Shown in pieces: positions 9,596 through 18,910 of a stretch of 64,000 nt of DNA. Below the pieces are notes generated by a model that saw nothing but the letters and a program-made list of their open reading frames with translations, ran no database searches and was not told the origin of the DNA. Origin of the DNA: Rhodobacter sp. (GTDB taxonomy: Bacteria > Pseudomonadota > Alphaproteobacteria > Rhodobacterales > Rhodobacteraceae); contig JAIXUH010000007.1 in the NCBI GenBank assembly GCA_027484145.1, forward strand, positions 291,647 through 355,646. Reading direction: 5' to 3'. Both the position numbers and the translations under genes were made by a program. Every line of letters begins with the position of its first letter. Position 1 is the first letter of the stretch.

Positions 9596-10423
9596 CTAGC
9601 CCCAGGTCGGGTGGAACTTTCCGGCAGGGGACAAGGTGAAAATCTCGCACCCTGTTGCGGTCACGCCGACCGCATGTTCAAACTGTGCAGACAGGGATTT
9701 GTCGCGCGTCACCGCCGTCCAATCATCGGACAGGACCTTGGTCTCGGGCCGGCCTAGGTTGACCATCGGCTCGATCGTGAAGAACATGCCCTCTTCCAGC
9801 ACCGGCCCGGTGCCAGGACGGCCATAGTGCAGCACGTTGGGTGGGGCATGGAACACCCGGCCAAGGCCATGGCCGCAGAAATCACGCACCACGCTCATCC
9901 GGTTCGCCTCGACAAACGACTGGATGGCAAAACCGATGTCGCCAAAGGTATTGCCCGGTTTCACCGCTGCAATCCCGCGCATCAGCCCCTCGTGGGTCAC
10001 TTCGATCAGCCGTTCGGATTTGCGCGGCAGCGCGCCTGCCACATACATCCGGCTGGTATCGCCAAACCAGCCGTCGACGATCACGGTCACATCCACATTC
10101 AGAATATCCCCGTCACCCAATATCTTGGGGCCGGGAATGCCATGGCACACCACATGATTGACCGAAATGCAGGAGGCGTGCTTGTACCCCTTGTAGCCGA
10201 TGGTGGCGGAAACAACACCGCGGCGACCAATCTCTTCGCGGATGAAATCATCAATGGCCGCCGTGGTCACGCCCGGTGCGACCAAAGGTGCGACCATATC
10301 AAGGATCGCGGCCGCCACGCGGCCAGCCTCGCGCATGCCGGCGAAATCCGCATCTTCGTAAATGCGAATCCCGTCTCGCGTGATGCGCCCGCGTGTTTCT
10401 TCCACCTGCATCTCCTTCTGCAT
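9596..10423 (-). CDS. map: type I methionine aminopeptidase
   Basis: 275 aa from the ATG at 10423 (MQKEMQVEE...). CISVNHVVCHGIP, DVTVIVDGWFGDTSRMY, FCGHGLG, FTIEPM and AQFEHAV metal-ligand motifs. Confidence 0.95.
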   Translation of the reverse strand: MQKEMQVEETRGRITRDGIRIYEDADFAGMREAGRVAAAILDMVAPLVAPGVTTAAIDDFIREEIGRRGVVSATIGYKGYKHASCISVNHVVCHGIPGPKILGDGDILNVDVTVIVDGWFGDTSRMYVAGALPRKSERLIEVTHEGLMRGIAAVKPGNTFGDIGFAIQSFVEANRMSVVRDFCGHGLGRVFHAPPNVLHYGRPGTGPVLEEGMFFTIEPMVNLGRPETKVLSDDWTAVTRDKSLSAQFEHAVGVTATGCEIFTLSPAGKFHPTWG

Positions 10424-10548
10424 TCGGCCTAAATAAGGAAAACGTGTCGATTTGACCAGAGGTGCGCCTGTTGCGGCGGACAGTGGGGCTTTGAAAGCCA
10501 CATCCCACGGCCTATACCCTGCACAGGACATGAGCGCGGGGCACGGCA

Positions 10549-11268
10549 ATGGCAAATCCAACAGCGGCGATGCTGGTCATCGGTGACGAAATCCTGTCGG
10601 GGCGCACCCGCGATTCGAACATGCACCATCTGGCCAACGAGTTGACCCGCCACGGCATCCGCCTGATGGAGGCGCGCATCGTTGCCGATGAACAGGCCGA
10701 TATCGTGGCCGCCGTCAACGCCTTGCGGGCGCGCCATGACAACGTCTTTACCAGCGGCGGCATTGGCCCCACACATGATGACATCACGGCAGATGCGATT
10801 GCCGCCGCTTTTGGCGTGCCCATCGGGCACCGGGCCGATGCCATGGCCTTGCTGCAAGCGCATTACGACCGCGCGGGGCTGGAGTTCAACGAGGCCCGCC
10901 GCCGCATGGCCCGGATTCCAGATGGTGCAACCCTGATCGACAACCCGATCAGCGCCGCACCCGGTTTCACCTGCGGCAATGTTCATGTCATGGCCGGGGT
11001 GCCCAAGATATTTGAGGCGATGCTAGCGAGCGTTCTGCCAACCCTGACAGGGGGCGATCCGCTTCTCAGCCAATCGCTGCGGGTGATGCGGGGCGAAGGT
11101 GAGATTGCCGAAGGATTTGGCGCGCTTGCGGCCGCGTTTCCAGATCTGTCGTTGGGCTCGTATCCCTTTACCCAGAATGGCGCTTACGGCACCAACCTTG
11201 TGATCCGAGGAACCGACGCTGCCCAGATTGACGCGGCCATGTCCAGGCTTGTGGCGCTTTACGGATGA
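10549..11268 (+). CDS. CinA-like / MoCF-biosynthesis (molybdopterin-binding) domain protein
   Basis: AAMLVIGDEILSGRTRDSNMHHLA and VFTSGGIGPTHDDITADAIA signatures of the CinA N-terminal/MoaB-like fold. Confidence 0.8.
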   Translation: MANPTAAMLVIGDEILSGRTRDSNMHHLANELTRHGIRLMEARIVADEQADIVAAVNALRARHDNVFTSGGIGPTHDDITADAIAAAFGVPIGHRADAMALLQAHYDRAGLEFNEARRRMARIPDGATLIDNPISAAPGFTCGNVHVMAGVPKIFEAMLASVLPTLTGGDPLLSQSLRVMRGEGEIAEGFGALAAAFPDLSLGSYPFTQNGAYGTNLVIRGTDAAQIDAAMSRLVALYG

Positions 11269-11975
11269 CGCCTTCGTTGCTGGCACAGGTGATGGAGGCA
11301 ACATGGCCTCCTGCGCGGCACATCCCCTGCGGCCCATGGCTTTTGCGCGATGGTCAGGGGGGTGGCAAGCGCGTCTCGGCCGCGACGGCGCAGGACGCAT
11401 GGGTGGATGAGGACATCGCCCCGGCCGAGGTGGCCATGGCCGAACTGGGGCAAGATGCGCTGTTTCTGATCCGCCCCGATGACATTCTGTTGGATCAGGT
11501 CCTGCAGGCGCGGGGCTATCGCATTGTTGATCCGGTGGTGGCCTATGCGGCCCCGGTGTCAGGTCTGGCCGACCCGCCGCCGCCGCTGATGTCGACCTTT
11601 CCGCACTGGCCACCCTTGGCCATCTGCGCGCGATTGTGGGCCGAAGGTGGCATCGGGCCTGCGCGGCTTGCGGTCATGGAGCGCGCGCAGGGGTCGAAAT
11701 GCGCGGTGCTGTCACGCGCCAACGATAGCCCCACGGGCACGGCCTTTGTCGCGATTCATGGGCGCCATGCAATGCTGCACGCGCTGGAGGTGACACCCGC
11801 CGCACGTCGGCAGGGTTCCGCGCACAACATCCTGCGCGCCGCTGCCTTGTGGGCGCAACAGAACGGGGCGGATACGCTGTCGCTTGTGGTGACGGTGGCC
11901 AACGTGCCGGCGCGGGCGCTCTATGCTTCCCTGAACATGCAAGTTGTGGGACACTATCATTATCGGCAGCGATAA
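11265..11975 (+). CDS. GNAT family N-acetyltransferase
   Basis: C-terminal acetyl-CoA motif region LEVTPAARRQGSAHNILRAAALWAQQNGADTLSLVVTVANVPARALYASLNMQVVG. ATGA overlap with the preceding gene. Confidence 0.7.
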   Translation: MTPSLLAQVMEATWPPARHIPCGPWLLRDGQGGGKRVSAATAQDAWVDEDIAPAEVAMAELGQDALFLIRPDDILLDQVLQARGYRIVDPVVAYAAPVSGLADPPPPLMSTFPHWPPLAICARLWAEGGIGPARLAVMERAQGSKCAVLSRANDSPTGTAFVAIHGRHAMLHALEVTPAARRQGSAHNILRAAALWAQQNGADTLSLVVTVANVPARALYASLNMQVVGHYHYRQR

Positions 11976-11999
11976 GCCCAAAGAGGCAGACGGCAGGTT

Positions 12000-12980
12000 A
12001 TGTTCAAACGACGCATGCTTGGCGCAGCCCTGAGTTTGGGGGTGTTCGGATCGGCTGGCCTTGGTCAGGCGATCACGCTTGACCTGCCCGGTCCGTCCAC
12101 CACCGCCGCCGACCGCAGTGAACGCCTGACATCCTATGATTTGCCGATCGGCCCACATGACGGCAGCCGCATGGCCACCCGCGTGTTCGAGGGACCGCTG
12201 TCGCAAGTGGCATACCGTATTGCGCAGCCGGGGCTGACCACGCTGGAACTGTTGGCACCGCTGCGCCAACAGCTTGTGCGCGAAGGGTTTGCCCCCGTGT
12301 TCGAATGCGAAACCGCCACCTGCGGCGGCTTTGATTTCCGTTTTGCCACCAGTGTCTTGCCAGAGCCGGACATGCATGTCGATCTTGGGGACTTTCGGTT
12401 TTTCGCAGCTGCACGTGGCACCGAGGCGGTCAGCCTGTTCGTCAGCCGAAGCGCCGCCGCGGGTTTTGTCCAGATGACGCATGTGGGTGGCACGGCAGGG
12501 CCGCAGGCGGTGCTGACCACATCCACCAAAGCTCCCGCAGCGCCAACCCCTTCGGCCAGCACAGATGCAGCGCCTCGTCCGGCCACCACGGCTGGCACCT
12601 TGGGCGCGCAGCTTCTGGCAGGCGGGGCCGTAGCGCTGGATGATCTGGTGTTCGCCTCGGGCACGGCGGACCTTGCGGCAGGCAGCTATGACTCCCTGAA
12701 GGATCTGGCGCAGTGGCTGGCCGAGAACCCGAAACTGCGGGTGGCGCTGGTTGGGCATACCGATGCGTCGGGCGGTCTGGCCGGCAATATTGCCCTGTCA
12801 AAGCGCCGCGCCGAATCGGTCCGCCAGAACCTGATCCAGACGCAGGGTGTGCGGGCCGACCAGATCGAAGCGCAGGGCGTTGGGTATCTGTCGCCACGGG
12901 CGTCAAACCTGACCGACGCGGGGCGCGACAAAAACAGACGGGTCGAGGTCATATTGACCTCGACCCAAGTTAAACCTTGA
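12000..12980 (+). CDS. OmpA-family peptidoglycan-binding protein with signal peptide
   Basis: Signal peptide MFKRRMLGAALSLGVFGSAGLGQA. C-terminal OmpA-like domain (LVGHTDASGGLAGNIALSKRRAESVRQNL...RDKNRRVEVIL). The N-terminal domain is of unknown function and has a CETATCGGFDF motif. Confidence 0.8.
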   Translation: MFKRRMLGAALSLGVFGSAGLGQAITLDLPGPSTTAADRSERLTSYDLPIGPHDGSRMATRVFEGPLSQVAYRIAQPGLTTLELLAPLRQQLVREGFAPVFECETATCGGFDFRFATSVLPEPDMHVDLGDFRFFAAARGTEAVSLFVSRSAAAGFVQMTHVGGTAGPQAVLTTSTKAPAAPTPSASTDAAPRPATTAGTLGAQLLAGGAVALDDLVFASGTADLAAGSYDSLKDLAQWLAENPKLRVALVGHTDASGGLAGNIALSKRRAESVRQNLIQTQGVRADQIEAQGVGYLSPRASNLTDAGRDKNRRVEVILTSTQVKP

Positions 12981-13001
12981 GGATCGTGTCGAAAACTTAG
13001 G

Positions 13002-13907
13002 TTACCACTTATCAGGCCCCTTGTCCGCATAACGGCGGGCCAGAAAATCAATGAACGCCCGCACCTTGGGCTGTGTGAAGCGCCCGGGCGGATAGACGGC
13101 ATAGATACCCAGTACCTCGACAGGCAGTCCGGGCAGCGCTTCTTCGACAGCGCCTTCCTTCATGGCGTCGGCATAGAGGAAGCTGGGCAGATAGGCGATG
13201 CCAAGGCCGGAAATCGCGGCGTTCAGCAGCGATTGGCCATCATTCACCGTCAGCCAGCCCGCCGTGCGGACTTGCCGCTTTTCGCCCGATGGCGCCGTGA
13301 TCTTCCACACGTTGCCATTGGCCTGATTGGAATAGTGCAGAAGCTTGTGATCGTTCAGATCGTCAATCTTCAACGGGCGCCCATAGCGCTGGAAGTAGCT
13401 GGGCGAGGCGATCATCCGCTTGGTCGTTTCGGTCAGCTTGCGGGCGCGCAGGGTTGAATCTTCCAACTCGCCCACGCGGATCGCCATGTCGAACCCTTCG
13501 CTGATCAACTCGACATAGCGGTTGTTCAGCACCATGTTCACGGTGATGTCCGGGTATTCCAGCAGGAAATCCCCCAGAATGGGCGACAGAAGGTTCACCC
13601 CAAAGTCGGTGGCCACGCTGATCCGCAACAGCCCCGACGGCGCCGATTGCATGCTGGTCACCAGTGCATCCGCCTCGCCCGCATCGTTCAGAACGCGGCG
13701 CGCACGGTCGTAATAGGCCAGTCCGATCTCGGTCGGGCTGACCCGTCGGGTGGTGCGATTGAGAAGCCGCGCGCCAAGGCGGGCTTCCAGGGCCGAGACG
13801 TGCTTCGAAACGGCAGATTTCGAAATGCCCATCTTTTTGGCCGCATCCGTAAAGCCGCCTTGGTCCACCACAGTGGCAAAGGCTTCCATTTCAGTAAGGC
13901 GATCCAT
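13002..13907 (-). CDS. LysR family transcriptional regulator
   Basis: MDRLTEMEAFATVVDQGGFTDAAKKMGISKSAVSKHVSALEARLGARLLNRTTR wHTH, followed by a LysR substrate-binding domain. Start taken at the MDRL Met (13907). Confidence 0.9.
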   Translation of the reverse strand: MDRLTEMEAFATVVDQGGFTDAAKKMGISKSAVSKHVSALEARLGARLLNRTTRRVSPTEIGLAYYDRARRVLNDAGEADALVTSMQSAPSGLLRISVATDFGVNLLSPILGDFLLEYPDITVNMVLNNRYVELISEGFDMAIRVGELEDSTLRARKLTETTKRMIASPSYFQRYGRPLKIDDLNDHKLLHYSNQANGNVWKITAPSGEKRQVRTAGWLTVNDGQSLLNAAISGLGIAYLPSFLYADAMKEGAVEEALPGLPVEVLGIYAVYPPGRFTQPKVRAFIDFLARRYADKGPDKW

Positions 13908-14255
13908 TTTTCCCCCAGCAGACACGATACGGGTATGTCAGACTGTATTGGACGCGAATTCAGGCAGGATCGCGGCACAGGCGCGTCCGATCCGGGGAAT
14001 TCTGGCGGATCGTTGAAGGCGCGGAAACGCCCGTGCATCGGCAAGAACCCCGCATCTGCGTCCGGATCACCCAGCGGGAAAAGGCCGATTTCCTGCTATC
14101 GGCGGGAAATTGTTCTGAGAAGGTCGCTTTATGGCGAGGCTTTGCTGCCGCACCGTCACCCTTCGGATAAAGTATGGAATATCGTTCCGCATGAGCCTAG
14201 GTCTGACCATGCCGGGGGCACTTTCGCCCTCGCCAGACAGACAAAGGATGACACC

Positions 14256-14516
14256 ATGAGAAACATCGCCCTGCTTATGGCCGCCGTTTCCGGTCTTGGT
14301 CTTGCCGCCGCACAAGCACAGGATGCGCCCGTCCTGCCCGATATCGCCGACACCGACAGTTCGGGGGCATGGTCTTTGGCTGAGCTTCAGGCCGTTTGGG
14401 CCGACCTGACCGAAGAAACCTTTGCCACCGTGGACGTCAATGCCGACGGATCGGTCGATCAGGCCGAACTGACGGCAGCCTTGGAGGGTGGCAAACTGGC
14501 TGTTCCGGCTGAATAA
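14256..14516 (+). CDS. small secreted EF-hand calcium-binding protein
   Basis: 86 aa. Signal peptide MRNIALLMAAVSGLGLAAAQA. Two EF loops (DTDSSGAWSLAE, DVNADGSVDQAE). An AAAGGA Shine-Dalgarno-like element lies upstream. The long 5' extension in the ORF track is unsupported. Confidence 0.7.
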   Translation: MRNIALLMAAVSGLGLAAAQAQDAPVLPDIADTDSSGAWSLAELQAVWADLTEETFATVDVNADGSVDQAELTAALEGGKLAVPAE

Positions 14517-14550
14517 ACGGCCAGAACCGGCAGGGGGCTGCGGCCCCCTG

Positions 14551-15357
14551 CTATTCCCAGCCCATACGGGCCAGATAGCCCTCGATCAGGGGCACATCGC
14601 TGGGGTTGTTCAACTCCCAGAACACTGCGCCGGGGGCAGAAACCTCGACCATGCGGATCGGATGCCCGTTTTCCAGAAAGCGCAACTGCTCCAGCCCCTC
14701 CAGCCCTTCCAGCGGGCCGGGTGACCACGCAGAATAGGCGGCGAGCGCGGCGGGGCGATAGGCATAGACACCCACATGGTGAAACACGGGCACCACACCA
14801 TCGACCACGCCTTTGCCATTGGTGAAGGGAATCACCTCTTTTGAGAAATACAGCGCCCGCCCGTCATGGCCGAAAACCACAGTCGTGGCCCCCACGCGGC
14901 CCGCGCGGCGGTCGGCCAGCAGGTTTTCAACCGTTTCCGCATCACACCGCAAACATGGCGTTGCCATGCCGCAGGCCGGGTCGGCACGCATCGCATCCAG
15001 CAGGGCCGTTACGAAATGCGCGGGCGTCAGCGGCGCATCGCCCTGGAGGTTCACGATGATCTCGGCCGAGATACCCTCCCGCGCCACGGCTTCGGCCACC
15101 CGTTCGGTGCCATTGCGGCAGGTGTCTGACGTCATGATGACATCGGCCCCAATCCGACGCGCCTCGGCGGCGATACGGTCATCATCGGTCGCCACATAGA
15201 TCGGGATCACCCCGGCTGAAGCCGCACGTGCAGCCATCACGCTGCGCTCAATCAAGCTGCGCGCTACGCCAGAGGCGCCTTTCAGCGTGGCCAAGGGTTT
15301 GCCGGGATAACGCGTGCTGGCATAGCGCGCGGGAATGATGATGCAGGCGTCCATCAC
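14551..15357 (-). CDS. kdsB: 3-deoxy-manno-octulosonate cytidylyltransferase (CMP-KDO synthetase)
   Basis: IIIPARYASTRYPGKPL N-terminal motif, QGDAP, and size about 267 aa. 4-nt overlap with kdsA. Confidence 0.85.
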   Translation of the reverse strand: MMDACIIIPARYASTRYPGKPLATLKGASGVARSLIERSVMAARAASAGVIPIYVATDDDRIAAEARRIGADVIMTSDTCRNGTERVAEAVAREGISAEIIVNLQGDAPLTPAHFVTALLDAMRADPACGMATPCLRCDAETVENLLADRRAGRVGATTVVFGHDGRALYFSKEVIPFTNGKGVVDGVVPVFHHVGVYAYRPAALAAYSAWSPGPLEGLEGLEQLRFLENGHPIRMVEVSAPGAVFWELNNPSDVPLIEGYLARMGWE

Positions 15358-16184
15358 AACCCCTTTGACAGGGCGTCAAACGCCCGCAGCCGCCCGATCA
15401 GCGCCTTCATCTCGTGCAGGTGAATCATGTTCGGCCCATCGGAGGGCGCGTTGTCGGGGTCTTGGTGCGTTTCAATGAACAGCGCTGACACCCCCACCGC
15501 ACAGGCCGCCCGCGCCAGAACTGGCGCAAACTGCCGCTGCCCGCCCGAACTGCCCCCCAGCCCGCCGGGTTGTTGCACCGAATGGGTGGCGTCAAACACC
15601 ACCGGCCAGCCGGTTTCGGCCATCGTCGGCAGGCCGCGAAAATCGGTGACCAGCGTGTTGTACCCAAATGATGTGCCGCGTTCGCACAGCATGATGCGCG
15701 TGTTGCCGGTGCTTTCCACCTTGGCCGCGACGTTCTTCATGTCCCACGGGGCCAGAAACTGCCCCTTCTTGATGTTGATGGCCAACCCGGTCTCGCCCGC
15801 TGCCAGCAACAGATCGGTCTGGCGGCACAGGAATGCCGGGATCTGCAGCACATCCACTGCCTGCGCCGCAATGGCACAATGGCCAGGTTCGTGCACATCC
15901 GTCAGCACCGGCACGCCAAACTCGGCGCGGATATCGGCCAGAATTTGCAGCCCCTTTTCCATGCCAAGTCCCCGGTTAGTGCCAAGACTTGAGCGGTTCG
16001 CCTTGTCATAGCTGGCTTTGAAGATGAACTTCGTCCCCGTCTCGGCACAGGCCTCCAACAACCCTTCGCAGATCATCCGCGCATGGGCGTGGCTTTCCAA
16101 CTGGCACGGGCCAGTGATCAGCGAAATCGGGTTGGCCCCGCCAATGGCGATGCCGCCTACGGTGACAATGCGGTGTTCCATCAT
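15354..16184 (-). CDS. kdsA: 2-dehydro-3-deoxyphosphooctonate aldolase (KDO-8-P synthase)
   Basis: FIFKASYDKANRSS, PVLTDVHE, LQIPAFLCRQTDLL and VVFDATHSVQQPGG motifs. Confidence 0.95.
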   Translation of the reverse strand: MMEHRIVTVGGIAIGGANPISLITGPCQLESHAHARMICEGLLEACAETGTKFIFKASYDKANRSSLGTNRGLGMEKGLQILADIRAEFGVPVLTDVHEPGHCAIAAQAVDVLQIPAFLCRQTDLLLAAGETGLAINIKKGQFLAPWDMKNVAAKVESTGNTRIMLCERGTSFGYNTLVTDFRGLPTMAETGWPVVFDATHSVQQPGGLGGSSGGQRQFAPVLARAACAVGVSALFIETHQDPDNAPSDGPNMIHLHEMKALIGRLRAFDALSKGL

Positions 16185-16188
16185 TCCC

Positions 16189-17181
16189 TCACATCACCCC
16201 GATCCGCAGCAGATCGTGCAGGTGCAAAATACCCACCGGGCGCCGCGTGTCACAGACAAACAGGGCGCCGATCTTGGCCTTGTTCATGATCGCAAGCGCC
16301 TCGGCGGCCAGCGTGTTCGGGGCGGCGGTCACCGGGTTCTTGGTGGCCACATCCATCGCCACCCGGTCCAGAAGCCCCGCCATATTGCGCCGCAAGTCGC
16401 CGTCCGAGACGACGCCCGCGAGATAGCCTTCGGCATCAACCACGCCCGCCACGCCAAAGCCATAAGCCGTCATCTGCAAGATCACCTCTTGCATCGGCGT
16501 GTCTTGCGCCACCAGCGGCACCTTATCGGCCCCATGCATGATCTGGCGCACCGGCGTCAGTTGCGCGCCCAATTTGCCACCGGGGTGATAGTTGCGGAAT
16601 TCCTCCGCCTCGAACGCGCGCGCTTCCATCAATGCGACCGCAAGGGCATCGCCCAAGCCCATCATCAGCGTGGTTGATGTGGTGGGGGCCATGCCGATGG
16701 CGCAGGCTTCGGGCAGATCGGGGATGGTCAGCATATAGTCGGCGGCCCGCATCAGGGCGCTGCCCTCATCGCGCGACATGCCGGCCAGCGGAATGTCAAA
16801 CCGCGCGCAATGGGCGATCAGGTCACGCAACTCGGCCGTCTCGCCACTGTTCGATAACAGGATGCAAAAGTCGGATGGCGTGACCATGCCCAGATCGCCA
16901 TGGCTGGCCTCGGCCGGATGGACGAACAAAGACGGCGTTCCGGTCGAGGCGAGGGTGGCCGCAATCTTGCGCGCCACATGCCCCGATTTCCCGATGCCCG
17001 ACAGCACAACACGGCCCGTCACATCCAAAATCGCCTCGACCACGCGGCCAAAATCGGCAGGGGGGCGCGCGGCAAGGGCCAAGAGCGCCTCGCCCTCAAT
17101 CTTCAGCACCCGCGTGGCGGTGCTGTCATGCCCGGCCATCTGCGAAAGGTCCGGCATGCGGGCGGGTGGGGTCTGGGCCAT
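16189..17181 (-). CDS. kdsD: arabinose-5-phosphate isomerase (KdsD/KpsF/GutQ family; SIS + tandem CBS)
   Basis: 330 aa from the ATG at 17181 (MAQTPPARMPD...). SIS motif VVLSGIGKSGHVARKIAATLASTGTPS. Tandem CBS domains at the C terminus. The tracked ORF's 109-codon extension is not supported. Confidence 0.9.
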   Translation of the reverse strand: MAQTPPARMPDLSQMAGHDSTATRVLKIEGEALLALAARPPADFGRVVEAILDVTGRVVLSGIGKSGHVARKIAATLASTGTPSLFVHPAEASHGDLGMVTPSDFCILLSNSGETAELRDLIAHCARFDIPLAGMSRDEGSALMRAADYMLTIPDLPEACAIGMAPTTSTTLMMGLGDALAVALMEARAFEAEEFRNYHPGGKLGAQLTPVRQIMHGADKVPLVAQDTPMQEVILQMTAYGFGVAGVVDAEGYLAGVVSDGDLRRNMAGLLDRVAMDVATKNPVTAAPNTLAAEALAIMNKAKIGALFVCDTRRPVGILHLHDLLRIGVM

Positions 17182-17305
17182 CGGCGGGGCTCCTTCAGGT
17201 CGGGCCTGTGTGCCACGCAGGGAACCGCCTGTCCAGAAGGCCACCTGCCCTAAACGCCGCCGATTTGCCGCCGTTAATGCATCAGCACCAGTCTGGGAGA
17301 CATCC

Positions 17306-18145
17306 ATGAGCCATACCTTGCCGCCCGTTCGCCCTGCCGAAGCTGTCCCCATGGCGGAACGCTTTCTTGCCCTGATCGAAGGGCTGGCAGAATATGACGA
17401 CCACGCAGCATCACATCTGTTGATCGGCCTGCTGCGGATCGCCGCCGGGCAGCGGTTGCATTCCGTCGAACGCACCGCCCTGCGGATCGCGGGTCTGGCC
17501 AATACCACCGGCGATGACCTGCACCTGACCGAAGAAGGCTACACGCTTGTGGCGCTGATCTCGCCCGACGCGGCGTCACGGTTTGCCCCCATTCCGCTGT
17601 CAGACAGCGCAGCCTACCCGGCCAACGACGCCGCGACCTTCGACCCGCAGCCTTTTGCCCGCATGCGCTTTGGCGATGAGTTGTTCGAGATTGCCGAAGG
17701 CGCGGTCGAGGATTCGCTTGCCTTCCGTCGCGATGGCGAAGGCCCGTGGCAGATGCTGTCGAATGACCGCAGTGCCGGTTGGGATGTGATCGGCGGCGAA
17801 ATGCTGGCGGCAACGCGCGACATCGTGGCCGATTACATCATGATGCATACCGTGCGCCTTGCTGCACCGGAACTTGGCGCTGGCGTTCACCGGTTCGAGT
17901 TGGACCAGTTCCACTGGCATGTCCGGGTGACCGCGACCACGGCCGAACTGCGCATCGGTGAAGACGGCGCCTGGCAATTGATTCCGGACAGCATTCGGGA
18001 AACGTCGGTTCGGGCGCTTGGCATTCGCGCCGCGCAGGCCATGATCCCCGATTTCGTCGAATTGCTTCAGCCAGAGATCACCATCTGGGTGCGTCGGATG
18101 GCGCATGCGGCGGCCATCTCTCCGGTCATGCCGAACGCGGCCTGA
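17306..18145 (+). CDS. hypothetical protein (279 aa, no recognisable domain)
   Basis: Internal ATG at 17306 (MSHTLPPVRPAE...) just past the divergent kdsD start. High-GC third-position bias throughout. No TM segment, signal peptide or known motif was recognised. Confidence 0.5.
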   Translation: MSHTLPPVRPAEAVPMAERFLALIEGLAEYDDHAASHLLIGLLRIAAGQRLHSVERTALRIAGLANTTGDDLHLTEEGYTLVALISPDAASRFAPIPLSDSAAYPANDAATFDPQPFARMRFGDELFEIAEGAVEDSLAFRRDGEGPWQMLSNDRSAGWDVIGGEMLAATRDIVADYIMMHTVRLAAPELGAGVHRFELDQFHWHVRVTATTAELRIGEDGAWQLIPDSIRETSVRALGIRAAQAMIPDFVELLQPEITIWVRRMAHAAAISPVMPNAA

Positions 18146-18178
18146 GGCCACCGGCACCGTCATGGGGCGGGCGGCACA

Positions 18179-18910
18179 TCAGGCCGCCTGCTCATCCCCC
18201 TGCCGGGCCGCGATGCCCGTCCGCAGCCGTTCGACCGCCGCCTTCTTGATCTGCGACACCCGCCCTGTCGTGACACCAAGGATGTCCGCGATTTCATAGA
18301 TGTTCAGTTCTTCGACATAATACAGTTGCAGCACCAGCGCCTCGCGCTCGGGCAACTCGCTTAACGCCTGCCGCAAGATACCCTTCAACTCATCCTGCTG
18401 GACCTTGTCCTCGGCAGAGACGGAATTGTCGCTGAACAGCATCGAATGGTCCGAATAGACCTCGTCCAGACTGCTGATCTGGCGGGTGGCAAACTGCGTC
18501 TGCCAGTCTTCGTATTCGGAAACGCTCATCTCCAGCGCCTCGGCCACCTCGGGCACAAAGGGCGCGCGCATCAGCTCGTGCTCCATCTTTGACACCATGG
18601 CCTTGACCTTCTGGTGCATGGCAATGGTGGCGCGGCACATGCTGGAGTTTGTGCGCAGATAGTCGACGATAGAGCCGCGGATGCGGATCTTGGCATAGGC
18701 CGCAAAACTGACCCCGGCCTTGGGCACATAGCGTTGGCTGGCATCGACAAGACCGATGTAGCCCACCTGCAAAAGATCATCGATCTCGACCATGCGGCCG
18801 ACGCGACCATGCATGTGCCATGCGATCTTGCGAACCAGATTCATATGGCTGACAACCAGCTTTTCAGGGCTGACAGATTGTTCTGGGTATCCCTTGGCCA
18901 TGAAGGTCAT
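18179..18910 (-). CDS. fliA: flagellar sigma factor FliA (sigma28 family)
   Basis: Region 2 (LVRKIAWHMHGRVGRMVEIDDLLQVGYIGLVDASQRY). Region 4.2 HTH (LNIYEIADILGVTTGRVSQIKKAAVERLR). 4-nt overlap with flhF upstream. Confidence 0.9.
   Translation of the reverse strand: MTFMAKGYPEQSVSPEKLVVSHMNLVRKIAWHMHGRVGRMVEIDDLLQVGYIGLVDASQRYVPKAGVSFAAYAKIRIRGSIVDYLRTNSSMCRATIAMHQKVKAMVSKMEHELMRAPFVPEVAEALEMSVSEYEDWQTQFATRQISSLDEVYSDHSMLFSDNSVSAEDKVQQDELKGILRQALSELPEREALVLQLYYVEELNIYEIADILGVTTGRVSQIKKAAVERLRTGIAARQGDEQAA

Noticed and set aside
12000-12980. OmpA-family protein as a MotY-like T-ring component partnering the Sel1 (MotX-like) protein
   Set aside because: - Its N-terminal domain (with the CETATCGGFDF motif) does not resemble what I recall of the MotY N-domain.
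- It is separated from the flagellar genes by a LysR regulator, an EF-hand gene and KDO genes.
- The OmpA domain alone is too common to support the call.
14551-17181. kdsB-kdsA-kdsD as a flagellin glycosylation (nonulosonic acid) cluster because of its proximity to fliA
   Set aside because: The three enzymes are the standard KDO/LPS-core pathway (8-carbon sugar). No pse, leg or neu genes and no glycosyltransferases are present.
16778-17305. 5' part of the 455-aa ORF 16778-18145, overlapping kdsD on the opposite strand
   Set aside because: This part is antisense to a well-supported SIS/CBS gene. Plausible coding signal begins only at the ATG at 17306.
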